Positions 27,801-36,374 of a stretch of DNA of 64,000 nucleotides are shown in pieces. The stretch is from an uncultured cyanobacterium (GTDB lineage: Bacteria; Cyanobacteriota; Cyanobacteriia; Phormidesmidales; Phormidesmidaceae). Every line of letters starts with the position of its first letter. Position 1 is the stretch's first letter. The notes under the pieces are model-generated. The model saw only the letters and a program-made list of their open reading frames with translations, was not told where the DNA came from and ran no database searches. The position numbers and the translations under genes were made by a program. Where the stretch lies: assembly GCA_963793265.1 (NCBI GenBank), contig CAWBZI010000001.1, positions 1,056,001 through 1,120,000 of the forward strand, written 5' to 3'.

Positions 27801-29498
27801 ATCACTATCGCTGTCTATATTACGCGCTGGAGTATCCGCCTCAAACTCATCACTCTCATCATCTAGCTCAGTAAAGTTAGGATCGTCCTCCAGCATCTCT
27901 GGGGCTTCAACGCGATCGCCCAAGTCCGGCAAGATGGCCGCTAGCTCAGCCTCATCATCAGCTTGCCAATCATCTTCAGCAAGCGCATCATCTACCGTCA
28001 AATCCTCTAGCGTCAGATCGGCTAAATAAGCCGCATCCGCAGTGGGTGTCACTTTAGCCGCAATCTCTGCGTCCTCTTCTTCAGTGGCGGCGACCTCAGC
28101 ATCTGCTGCTGCTGCATCCACCATCAGCTCATCTGCGGTCACTTCACTATCGTCATCGCGATCAATATCGAGCTTCAGCAAATCAAGATCGATCGTGCCG
28201 TCTTCTTGAATACAGTCTTCAGGCTGAAGGTCAGCCGAATCCTCATCAGCAATGGGTTCATCAATCATCGAATCGATGGATTCATCGCTTGATTCAGCAG
28301 CAGGCGCGTTCTCAAATGATTCAGGTAAAATCTCGTCTAAAGACGCCACGGTATCCGGCGAAGTTACGTCCGAATCGCTAGTATCTAGAGCAAAATCATC
28401 ATCGGTAAAATCAGCGCCAGCCGAATCATCAACGAGATCAGCATCAGCTAGATCGCTCTCATCGGCAAAAACCAGCGGCAAATCGACGGCATCTGCCGAA
28501 CGGGGAGGAAAGAATGCAGGCTCAGGCGGAGCCGTTTGGCCGAGCTGCTGCGTAAGATGATCGACGAGCGATCGCACAATCACCTCGCCCTGCAGGCCCA
28601 GGCTGTGCATATTCTCAATCCCGTCATTCAACGAGATTTGATAGCTGTCAATATTCTTTTGCAGCGTCTCAAACATGCCTTGCAGCGTAGACTCGATATT
28701 CATCAAAAGCTGATCAGAGCGAGACTGAATTTCACGCATCTCCTCAAGCTGAGGGCCACTAGAACTCTGGGGCTGAATATCTGACTGAATACTGGGTCTA
28801 AGCTGAAGCACCTCAGAGGCTATCGAAGGCGACAGCTTAGCAATCGCCGCCGCATGATCGCTCTCTAGCTGATCGAGCGTTTGGGTTACCTGCACGGCCA
28901 GTCTCTCTTGCAGCCGCTCCATCAGCGCCGCCAAAAACTGATTAAGCTGAACCTCATCTACTACCAGCCGCCCAGCCGCAACCGAGCCCGCGACGCCTAC
29001 CTCACCATCAGCGCCTTCACGCACACTCAGCTCGCTGCGCTGATCGGCTAATGCCTTTACGTCTTGTTGGAGGCGATCGCGCTCAGCCCGCAGGCTATCC
29101 ATCTCCAGCCGCAGAGGCTCCAAAGCACTAGACTTCAGATACTTCATCTCAATCAGCAACGCCTGTAGCACATCCTCCGGTGAACTGCCAGCCGAGCTAC
29201 TAGCCGAGCTATCAGCCGAACCATCCGTCGTTCCTGGAGATACCTTTTGAGCAGAGGGCGGAACCGGCAGCCCCGAAAAAACGCCTATCTGGCCCGTACT
29301 CGGATCAAGCGGCCCCCAGCCACCCGGCGCATCCAAAGTCTGCTGTAGCGACTTCAGGTAGTCTTGGGCCTTAGCTAGCGCCTGCCGCTGTGGCTCAATC
29401 TCGCTCGCCCTAATCCAAGGCTTTCGAGGCTTTTGCGCCCCCAAAACCTGGTCGATATCAGCGATAAGTGATTGAATCTGATCCTTCTGAGAAGTCAC
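24864..29498 (-). CDS. Large protein: N-terminal coiled coil, acidic low-complexity linker, C-terminal Hsp70/actin-like ATPase-fold domain
   Basis: 1544-aa ORF; LGVDIGTTG, EEAIAAL, AGDSLD and VCTGGSA motifs in the last ~590 aa. Confidence 0.8.
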   Translation of the reverse strand: MTSQKDQIQSLIADIDQVLGAQKPRKPWIRASEIEPQRQALAKAQDYLKSLQQTLDAPGGWGPLDPSTGQIGVFSGLPVPPSAQKVSPGTTDGSADSSASSSAGSSPEDVLQALLIEMKYLKSSALEPLRLEMDSLRAERDRLQQDVKALADQRSELSVREGADGEVGVAGSVAAGRLVVDEVQLNQFLAALMERLQERLAVQVTQTLDQLESDHAAAIAKLSPSIASEVLQLRPSIQSDIQPQSSSGPQLEEMREIQSRSDQLLMNIESTLQGMFETLQKNIDSYQISLNDGIENMHSLGLQGEVIVRSLVDHLTQQLGQTAPPEPAFFPPRSADAVDLPLVFADESDLADADLVDDSAGADFTDDDFALDTSDSDVTSPDTVASLDEILPESFENAPAAESSDESIDSMIDEPIADEDSADLQPEDCIQEDGTIDLDLLKLDIDRDDDSEVTADELMVDAAAADAEVAATEEEDAEIAAKVTPTADAAYLADLTLEDLTVDDALAEDDWQADDEAELAAILPDLGDRVEAPEMLEDDPNFTELDDESDEFEADTPARNIDSDSDIRGGISAATLGAAALGTAAMGASASGLAATDETIDEPYEAEVDSEPLFKELEAILDEDTVDSDLDPAAERFDLPESALVPDIPDAEDEIDERSSPSLVPVDGSSVEVDDTISDELAAELADDNQESVRLAASAVTRGLAALSANLTSDLEEPVVSDAVISPPAVLAAEADPLDSASIPDWPEEETVADNRGLASEAAGADSSPSGSQLEAQSVAESPQFLTSDPFAESSLETSATDLIAEELEDLDADSSAEDPDLLGEIDLPVPLPAELPADELPAGNLIDPPLADLSSVPLPAIPADLPPTDLPPSDFDDDLDFYRTADGTLDTADSSTDETLASLSTESFDDELAAEEFSGTLPLFEAPTGVSEDLDDGYSDDINNSDNDPTNGQPASWFLGVDIGTTGLSAVLINQLGDQVYPLCWNVPGDEQANRFRLPAVLSVDSQAPGQVGEVGPVALHQSDRLLRNIKPLLKVGIPDNELGAPLIQWSDRQSLPLPSLQKALTDLMRTLSPRHTSAQAAGLSEGSLRWVLAHLQGVTVGYPNNWPDTYSFNVREAVLAAGIVSRPDQVFFVEEAIAALLSALPDPKSANEDLDSQQPGLYNCNWQRGTVVISAGATLSEAAIVDLPEELDQLIYRDFALRSFTYAGDSLDQDIVCQLLHPAAQARLDSQAEADSADESAVASAIDGWQSLGLNKLNLPQAGEADRAKRHRLRQRLNDSPLGREAISQARKLKLVLQEETQCEITLADQSWVVKRKDLEAKVFLPYIQRVNRQVNGLLSQKGMPAQSIKQVVCTGGSASLGAIARWLRQKFPNATIIQDTYSGEYSNSCSRVAYGLANLCHYPNVLDTHRHQYNDYFLLLELLRVLPDQPLPAGGILHLLEQRGINTQACQSHILALIEGHLPPGLVPTEGDRPTISAQSPNISTYQTLAELPLFRKQGGQIYIADQAQGKRLRAHLESLLATKNQALEEPFAVALATETP

Positions 29499-29864
29499 GA
29501 TTGATGCCTGTGATAGTCAGCGAATAGTCGGTAAATATGAGTATGAATTGCCGTACAGGGCAAGTGCGCCGATTGCAAGTGCACAAAGTTTAAGCTAGCG
29601 CTGCAAAAAAGCACAGCCCAAGGCTATTGATTTTAGAGTGAATTTTGGCGTTCATTCCTAATGAATCTTTAATAAAGCTCGAAAACGCGTACGTTTGCAG
29701 CGATTCTTTGCCTGATTCGCTGCAAACGCTGCTGGGATAGTTAAACCCATATAAGATATTAAAAGAGCCAGATGAATAGAGTTGAGTAGTCCGGGCGGCA
29801 GCTTCGGTGCTAAAGTTAGCGTGCTTCGCAACACTAGCAATAGCAATAGCCAGCACCAGCAACA

Positions 29865-30554
29865 ATGGATGTGCGCCCTCTCGATACAAGCGACCTGATT
29901 CGTATGACCCCCTTTTTCGCGGAGCTGACCCCGGAGGCTGCCGAGCAAGCCGCCGCTCAAGTAGTTACACGCCGTCACCCGGCTAATCAGGTCATTTTGC
30001 TAGAAAATGACTGGGGTAACTCTGTCTATTTTATCTTGGAAGGCTGGGTCAAAATACGCACTTACAACCTAGATGGCAAAGAAGTTACGCTCAACATTTT
30101 AGGCAAGGGCGAAGTCTTTGGGGAAATGGCTCCCTTAGAAGAAATTCCGCGTTCTACAGATGTGATTACGCTGGTGCCTACGGTAATTGGCAACATGCCT
30201 GCTCAGCATTTCGTTAAGCTATTAAATACCGAACCTCTCGCTGGGCTCTACTTGGCCCGGCTGATGGCTAAACGGCTACGGCAGGTCAACCGGCGGCTGC
30301 GGCTGCGTGAGTCTGATAGTCAGTCACGGGTGGCTGATATTCTGCTGTTTCTAGCAGATGGCCAGGGCAAAGTCGCCGGACAGGGAATGGAAATTCCCAA
30401 CCTGCCTCACCGCGAACTGAGCGGATTAAGCGGACTGGCGCGCGAAACAGTGACGCGCGTTTTGAGTAAGTTAGAGAAGAAGGGTTTGATTGAACGCGAT
30501 CGCGACATCCTCAGAATTATCGATCTCGAAGCCCTAGAAAATCTTCTAGTCTAA
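29865..30554 (+). CDS. Crp/Fnr family regulator (cAMP receptor protein, SyCRP1-like)
   Basis: FGEMA...PRS cNMP pocket; RETVTR recognition helix. Confidence 0.92.
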   Translation: MDVRPLDTSDLIRMTPFFAELTPEAAEQAAAQVVTRRHPANQVILLENDWGNSVYFILEGWVKIRTYNLDGKEVTLNILGKGEVFGEMAPLEEIPRSTDVITLVPTVIGNMPAQHFVKLLNTEPLAGLYLARLMAKRLRQVNRRLRLRESDSQSRVADILLFLADGQGKVAGQGMEIPNLPHRELSGLSGLARETVTRVLSKLEKKGLIERDRDILRIIDLEALENLLV

Positions 30555-30564
30555 GCGCCTGCCC

Positions 30565-31488
30565 ATGAGCAATCCCGACGAAAACGCTGACAGTTTTTCT
30601 AAGCTGCCGCCAGCAGGTCTACCGCCAAAAGATTTGCCGATAGAGGCACGAACTCAACCAGAGCAGGCTCAACCGGACGCGCCATGGATTCCAGACGACG
30701 AAATACCTGGAACTGCCGTCAATCCTTTACCAGATAAGCTACCTAACAAGTCACCTCAGCAGCACGCTGCTCAGCTCTTCCCCGTTCCGCCTGCGGCTGA
30801 AACACCTGAAGCACCTATACCACTAGATGAAACTGACGCCCATCAGCAGGCAGTAGGGCCACTACCCCTCGTAGAAACCGCCTTCTTAGCCAGCGCAGCG
30901 AGCCTGATGTGGCTGATTAACACCTACTTTCCACCCGGCCCCTTACTTCGTATCTTATTCCCCCTTCCAATCGCGTTGGTCTATCTACGGTGGAACCTGC
31001 GCTCTGCCTGGATGGCCGCAACGGTTTCGGGCCTGCTGCTCACCATATTACTTGGCCCCACCCGCAGCATTTTCTTTGTCATGCCCTATGGTTTTTTAGG
31101 CGTGCAGCTAGGGTGCCTGTGGCGGCGAAAAGCACGATGGGAGATTTCGATTGCCACGGGCGGCATGCTCGTTGCACTAGGCACGTTCTTTCGCCTGTGG
31201 CTGCTGTCACTGCTGGCCGGAGAAGATCTTTGGGGCTACCTAATTGCCCAAATCACACAGTTTATTGACTGGGCGACTCGCCTGCTCACAAACTGGGGCT
31301 GGATTGGGCTAGGCGCATTAGGTCAGCCAAGTATGGAATTTATTGCGATCACCGCCGTTATCATCGTTCTCTTCACCAGCATGGTTTACCTGTTCACGGT
31401 GCACCTAGCCGCCTGGCTATTACTCGAACGTCTCGGCGTCGCCATGCCCGAACCACCCGGCTGGGTGCAGATGCTCATCGAAGACTAG
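30565..31488 (+). CDS. DUF2232 family membrane protein
   Basis: LVETAFLAS, FPLPIALVYLRW, GPTRS; Pro-rich N-terminal extension. Confidence 0.85.
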   Translation: MSNPDENADSFSKLPPAGLPPKDLPIEARTQPEQAQPDAPWIPDDEIPGTAVNPLPDKLPNKSPQQHAAQLFPVPPAAETPEAPIPLDETDAHQQAVGPLPLVETAFLASAASLMWLINTYFPPGPLLRILFPLPIALVYLRWNLRSAWMAATVSGLLLTILLGPTRSIFFVMPYGFLGVQLGCLWRRKARWEISIATGGMLVALGTFFRLWLLSLLAGEDLWGYLIAQITQFIDWATRLLTNWGWIGLGALGQPSMEFIAITAVIIVLFTSMVYLFTVHLAAWLLLERLGVAMPEPPGWVQMLIED

Positions 31489-31492
31489 CTGA

Positions 31493-32572
31493 ATGGGTAT
31501 GATTCGCATTTGCGCAGGCGATCCCGCCGCATGGCTGGCGCAGTATCAAGGGCAAAAGCCGCTGTATGCCTGCATTCTCAGCTTCACTAAAACGGGCATA
31601 CTCCCCGGCATTTCAGCCGCTGGCATCACCCCGCAAGAGCGTCAATACACAGCCTTAGCTGACGGCCAATTTCTAGCAGGTACAAACAGTCAATATTCAT
31701 TACCTACGCTGAAAGCAGGCATTTCTCCTGCCGTCATTTCGCGAGCAGTCATCACTCAGCAAGAAATTCCCTTGTATCTGCTGAGTACGGGCCTACCCGA
31801 CCGGCTAAGCGCCGCATATATCGAGCTTCCACAGGTCATCGCTGAGCCTGTGCATACAGGGCGAGCTATGGGCTACGAGCAGGTGTTAGGTCTTTTTGAA
31901 GCGGGTTTGGACTGGGGTCGCAAGCTCGCTGGGCAGTGCGCCAACAGCTATCTTATTCTGGGTGAGTGCGTAGTAGGTGGGACGACGACAGCTCAGGCTG
32001 TGCTTACCGCTCTGGGGTATGAAGTAGCAGGGCAAATGAGCAGCAGCCACCTTGAGAGCAATCATCAGCAGAAGCAGGCTTTGGTGGCACAAGGACTGCG
32101 CGGCTGGAGAGAATGGGGAGCGCGATCGCCTTTAGGTGTCATCGCTGCAGTAGGCGATCCAATGCAGGCGGTCGCTGCTGGTATCACACTATCGGCCAGT
32201 CAAAAAGTGGGCGTTCTCCTCGCAGGCGGCTCTCAGATGCTAGCGGTGTATGCACTTACCCGCGCCCTTTCAACGCAAGCGAACTCACCTCAAACACAAA
32301 AAGAACGGATAGTCGTAGGGACTACCCGCTGGGTTATAGACGATAAAACGGCTGATACGGTTGCGATCGCCGAGGCCATCGGTGCGCCTTATCTAGCCAG
32401 CGAAATAAACTTCACTCAGTCGCCCTACCCTCAGTTGCGAGCTTATGAGCGAGGCTTTGTTAAAGAAGGCGTAGGTGCAGGGGGATGTGCGATCGCGTCT
32501 CATCTGTATAAAGGATGGAACCAGTCGCAGCTCAGACACGCCGTAGAAGCTGAACTCAAAAGAAGCTATTAG
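31493..32572 (+). CDS. cobT: Nicotinate-nucleotide:base phosphoribosyltransferase, CobT-like
   Basis: PGISAAG, GECVVGGTTTA, GDPMQ, LAGGSQMLAV, GFVKEGVGAGG. Confidence 0.85.
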   Translation: MGMIRICAGDPAAWLAQYQGQKPLYACILSFTKTGILPGISAAGITPQERQYTALADGQFLAGTNSQYSLPTLKAGISPAVISRAVITQQEIPLYLLSTGLPDRLSAAYIELPQVIAEPVHTGRAMGYEQVLGLFEAGLDWGRKLAGQCANSYLILGECVVGGTTTAQAVLTALGYEVAGQMSSSHLESNHQQKQALVAQGLRGWREWGARSPLGVIAAVGDPMQAVAAGITLSASQKVGVLLAGGSQMLAVYALTRALSTQANSPQTQKERIVVGTTRWVIDDKTADTVAIAEAIGAPYLASEINFTQSPYPQLRAYERGFVKEGVGAGGCAIASHLYKGWNQSQLRHAVEAELKRSY

Positions 32573-32586
32573 ATGCTGAAACCGGC

Positions 32587-32958
32587 CTACTGAAAGCGGC
32601 AGGCTAAAATCTGCTCTTCTAAAGCTGCCATCCGATTGTACGCAGCCGTCAACTGCGCGGTCAGTCGCTGAATTTGTACTTCAGGCGATAGCGTGTGAGA
32701 CGCGCTAGATTTATCGTTCTCTAGCTGAGGCTCATCGCTCAGAACATCTTTGTGAGTCATAGACGGATCGACGGGACGACGAATCGCCACTGGCGACAAG
32801 TTCGCACTTCTAAAATCAGAAATTAGGCTGTTATCAGACGTGTTTTGTGAAATAGCGATGTCGCTTACCTTCTCAGTCAACTGCTCTAGCAAGCTACGGA
32901 GCGTGTCAACCTTGTCATTCAACTCAAGCACTTGCTTTTGGACAACATCAATAGCCAT
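32587..32958 (-). CDS. Conserved cyanobacterial coiled-coil hypothetical protein
   Basis: HKDVL and SPEVQIQRLTAQLTAAYNRMAALEEQIL motifs; ATG 32958 preferred. Confidence 0.75.
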   Translation of the reverse strand: MAIDVVQKQVLELNDKVDTLRSLLEQLTEKVSDIAISQNTSDNSLISDFRSANLSPVAIRRPVDPSMTHKDVLSDEPQLENDKSSASHTLSPEVQIQRLTAQLTAAYNRMAALEEQILACRFQ

Positions 32959-33263
32959 AGGCTTTGTTAAGTTATTAATTTTTTCCAATCCTAAGGGATA
33001 AATTCTGCCTTTGATAGTTGAGCCACCTAATCATTTAACGTTTGGCTACAAATGTTTGCAAAGCTTTGAGTGCCGCTCACAGCTTCTAGCGATCGCCCCC
33101 AGAACACCTCGAGAACAGCTAATAGAGCAGCTAGAGCGGTGCCCCGCTGAGACAGCCCGTCAAATCACATAGCCAACTATCTAAGCCCCCGTTCACACAA
33201 TATTCAGTCAAACCACTTACTCATAGGCCATCGGGCCGTAAGCACCCTGCACACGTTTTAAAG

Positions 33264-33278
33264 TTGACAGGTAGTCAA
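33264..33278. promoter_or_regulatory. PetR-type operator upstream of petE
   Basis: Perfect palindrome TTGAC-AGGTA-GTCAA (GAC-N5-GTC) about 150 nt upstream of petE; TATAAT at 33320-33325. Confidence 0.7.
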
Positions 33279-33429
33279 ATCCGAACCTCGCTTACGCCCA
33301 AAACCTTCACAGAGCGATCTATAATTTTTATTGAAGTGCAAGAAACTACACACTTTTAGCCGCAAACTTCTTAGCCATCAAGAGTTAGCCGCCAAGAGGA
33401 ATCAACTTAAGAGGAATTAAATAGGATTT

Positions 33430-33834
33430 ATGAAACTCATCGCTAAAGCTTTTCGCAAACTCGGCACCGCTTTCATGGTCGCCGCTCTCGTTATTAGCAG
33501 CTGTGCTATGTTAGCCTCGCCTGCGCTGGCTGCTGATCATACTGTCAAGATGGGCTCTGACGGTGGTTTGCTCGTTTTTGAACCTGCGACTATCACGATT
33601 TCACAAGGCGATACCGTCACTTGGGAAAACAACAAGATGGCCCCTCACAACGTTGTTTTTGATGCCAACAGCGTCCCCGGTGGCAAAGCCGTTGCTGATG
33701 AGCTAACGCATTCTCAGCTCACGTTCTCCCCTGGTGAGTCTTACGACAGCACGTTCACTGAGCCCGGCGAGTACACTTACTTCTGTGCGCCTCACCGCGG
33801 TGCTGGCATGGTCGGTAAAGTCATCGTTCAGTAA
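33430..33834 (+). CDS. petE: Plastocyanin precursor
   Basis: Signal peptide, PHNVVF and [13 protein letters not shown] copper ligands. Confidence 0.98.
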   Translation: MKLIAKAFRKLGTAFMVAALVISSCAMLASPALAADHTVKMGSDGGLLVFEPATITISQGDTVTWENNKMAPHNVVFDANSVPGGKAVADELTHSQLTFSPGESYDSTFTEPGEYTYFCAPHRGAGMVGKVIVQ

Positions 33835-33909
33835 TTCATTCGTTGCAGCCCTTCTAAGCCCATCTATTTCGGTTGGGTTTATGACTGGGTTTATGTGAGT
33901 GCTATTTAT

Positions 33910-33948
33910 CAAAGGCGCAGTAGATCATTGATATCTACTGCGCCTTTG
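33910..33948 (+). terminator. Terminator hairpin after petE
   Basis: CAAAGGCGCAGTAGAT...ATCTACTGCGCCTTTG, a 16-bp perfect stem. Confidence 0.75.
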
Positions 33949-34322
33949 TCGCGTCTAGTCATATCTACTACGCCTTCGGCTGACAGCAGTGTTCAAAGCG
34001 GGTGTTATACTTTGCGCGCATCCGTTTTTCAGATACGGAAGAAGATTGCCAATTCGTGTGATAGTCTTTAGCTGAGAAGCGTCTATTGGCGGTCGTTTGG
34101 GGTGGTAGAAGGCAGCGCATCAGGTCAGAGATTGCTGACTTAACGATGTGTATTTGAAACTCGTGATCAACACTCGGTATACCTCAAAAACAGACCTAAA
34201 CAAGTCAGCTTTTGGGAGCCTGAAACGGTAGAAGCTGATGATCTCAACTGTATACAACACAACATTTAGCCTACCTGTGCCAAACGCAAACAGCCCGTGG
34301 TTGATATTCGGATGAATGGCCT

Positions 34323-35021
34323 ATGAGCGATACAACCGCATATTTAGCAGGCTGTGCAACGACAGGGGTTGCCGCTCTAGTGCTATTGGTAGCGCGAGTT
34401 GGCATGGTGTCTGCTAGCCCAGATGGCTCGCGTAATAGCCAGGTTAACGACCGACTCGCCCGCATGGAGGCCACAGCCACCAGTGGCGATCGCCAAAGCA
34501 CCCAGAGACTAGAGTCTGAGATTCGCCTCGAACTAGACAAGCAGCAAGAAATTACTGAGAAGTTAGAAGCGCAGCTCGCGCAGCAGGAAACCCTCTCTAG
34601 CAGTTTAGAGAAGCAGCTAGCAGAACAAGAAGAAAAAACGCAGGATTTGCTCTCCACAATGCAGGACTATCAGCGGTCTGTGCAGGATATGGAAATTGAC
34701 GGCAAGATTGCTGCTGCCGCCAGCCGCCCCGAGACTAATTCGGTCACGCAGGCTACACCGACGACGCTAATTTTGCTCGGTGCGGGCGTCGTGGTTGTAC
34801 TGGTGCTAGGCGGGGGGGGGCTCATTCTTTGCGCAGTGCTGTTAGTGCTACAGTCCCAAAGGCGCTCCGCTAGGTCTGCGCCGATGCCGCCGCCGATGCC
34901 AATGCCGCCCGCATCTTCGTACCGCTACTACGACCAGACGTTTCTTCCCCCGCCTCAGCTTCGGCCCCGCCAGTCGTCCTATTACGACTATCCGCCACCG
35001 CCGTACGACTACACGCCGTAA
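34323..35021 (+). CDS. Membrane-anchored coiled-coil protein, possibly PatN-like
   Basis: N-terminal hydrophobic segment, Gln/Glu coiled coil, Gly-rich TM, Pro/Tyr tail with FLPP. Confidence 0.65.
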   Translation: MSDTTAYLAGCATTGVAALVLLVARVGMVSASPDGSRNSQVNDRLARMEATATSGDRQSTQRLESEIRLELDKQQEITEKLEAQLAQQETLSSSLEKQLAEQEEKTQDLLSTMQDYQRSVQDMEIDGKIAAAASRPETNSVTQATPTTLILLGAGVVVVLVLGGGGLILCAVLLVLQSQRRSARSAPMPPPMPMPPASSYRYYDQTFLPPPQLRPRQSSYYDYPPPPYDYTP

Positions 35022-35256
35022 AAGCACCTCTCAGCCATCCGAACACGGCAGAATATAAAATCCCTAAATATTAAGTGCAGTTGGTCGCTCCTTGATTCAA
35101 GTGTATTTATTAGGTAAGGATAGCGGTTACAGATTCAACGTATTGGGTACGATTGATATTATCGAATTGTTATAAAACTGATTTGGCCGAAGCGCGCGGG
35201 CATTTGCTTGCCGCTAATTATCGGGCCGAACACCTATACCAGAGACATTTAAAGCG

Positions 35257-35296
35257 ATCGCCCGCAGCATTCGATCAAAAGAAAGCTGCGGGCGAT
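35257..35296. terminator. Hairpin downstream of tRNA-Cys
   Basis: ATCGCCCGCAGC...GCTGCGGGCGAT, a 12-bp inverted repeat. Confidence 0.6.
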
Positions 35297-35338
35297 TGTA
35301 TTGGAACTAAAGTCTAAAAAGAAATAGTCGCCTTTAAA

Positions 35339-35409
35339 AGGCGGCACCCAGATTCGAACTGGGGATAAAGGATTTGCAATCCTCTGCCTTACCACTTGGC
35401 CATGCCGCC
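35339..35409 (-). tRNA. trnC: tRNA-Cys(GCA)
   Basis: GGCGGCATGGCCAAGTGGTAAGGCAGAGGATTGCAAATCCTTTATCCCCAGTTCGAATCTGGGTGCCGCCT cloverleaf; CCA not encoded. Confidence 0.97.
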
Positions 35410-35473
35410 GCTGAAGAACCAATATATCAAACTTTCGAGACTTATTAAGGAAAGCCTACATAAGACAGCCCAT

Positions 35474-36358
35474 TCATCCTAGTATTTCGTCAATAGCCCG
35501 ATTGGCCTGACTCGCGTAGCTGCCGCCGAAGAGATTGAAGTGATTGAGAATGTGATACAGGTTATAAAACACCTTACGCCGCTCGTACCCAGCATCAATC
35601 GGGCTCACGGCGTCGTACGCCTGGTAGAACGACTGAGGAAACCGGCCAAATAGCTCAGTCATCGCAAGATCAGCTTCTCTATCGCCGTAGTAGGTAGCCG
35701 GATCAAAGATAATCGGTTCACCTGAGCGCGTAACTGCAGCATTACCAGACCATAGATCACCGTGAAGCAAGGCCGGTTGTGGATCATGCCCTTTGAGCAG
35801 ACGAGGGATTGCGCCCATTAGCTCATCGCGACGGGGAAAGTGCTGGCCTTTGGCGTGTGCCAGTGAAAACTGGGGGCCGAGGCGGCGATCGCGCCAAAAC
35901 TCCGCCCAGCTATCACCCCACGCATTCTGCTGCGCCGTTGACCCAATCGTATTGTCACGATGCCAGCCAAAGCCTTTATTACTCGTCGTATCGTGCATAG
36001 CCGCTAGCTGCTCACCCATCCGCCGCCAAGACGCATCAGAGCCAGACCCCAAGTCTAAATGCTCCATCACCACGTAGGCTACATTGCCCACCACGCCGCT
36101 ACCAATCGGCTGAGGAACTCGAATGGTGCGACTTTCGTACATCTCTTTGAGGCCGTCACACTCCGCCTCAAACATGGCGATTTCGCTAGCCTGATTGAGC
36201 TTTACAAAGAAAGCGCGCTGCCCGTCGCTAACAGTTACAGCCTGGTTGATACAGCCACCACCAACAGCGTGCTGGGTTTTGATATGAAAAGGTTGCTGAG
36301 TGACTTCGCTGATATGTTCGGCGATGCTATGGGCCGTAGTTTCTGAAATAGACATCAA
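35474..36358 (-). CDS. Fructosamine kinase family protein
   Basis: GGGCIN, FFVKLN, LHGDLWSGN, FDPATYYGDREADLAM. Confidence 0.93.
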   Translation of the reverse strand: MMSISETTAHSIAEHISEVTQQPFHIKTQHAVGGGCINQAVTVSDGQRAFFVKLNQASEIAMFEAECDGLKEMYESRTIRVPQPIGSGVVGNVAYVVMEHLDLGSGSDASWRRMGEQLAAMHDTTSNKGFGWHRDNTIGSTAQQNAWGDSWAEFWRDRRLGPQFSLAHAKGQHFPRRDELMGAIPRLLKGHDPQPALLHGDLWSGNAAVTRSGEPIIFDPATYYGDREADLAMTELFGRFPQSFYQAYDAVSPIDAGYERRKVFYNLYHILNHFNLFGGSYASQANRAIDEILG

Positions 36359-36374
36359 TCGTAGGCGCTAAATG

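Noticed and set aside
24926..28784. Many antisense and alternate-frame ORFs in the large acidic gene, and similar shadow ORFs elsewhere
   Set aside because: They overlap well-supported genes, have low-complexity or no motif content, and are expected from codon bias
34250..34263. GTA-N8-AAC as an NtcA site upstream of the PatN-like gene
   Set aside because: Imperfect match to GTA-N8-TAC with no clear -10 box at the canonical distance
35022..35409. Integrative element at tRNA-Cys
   Set aside because: No integrase and no duplicated tRNA 3' end seen in the window
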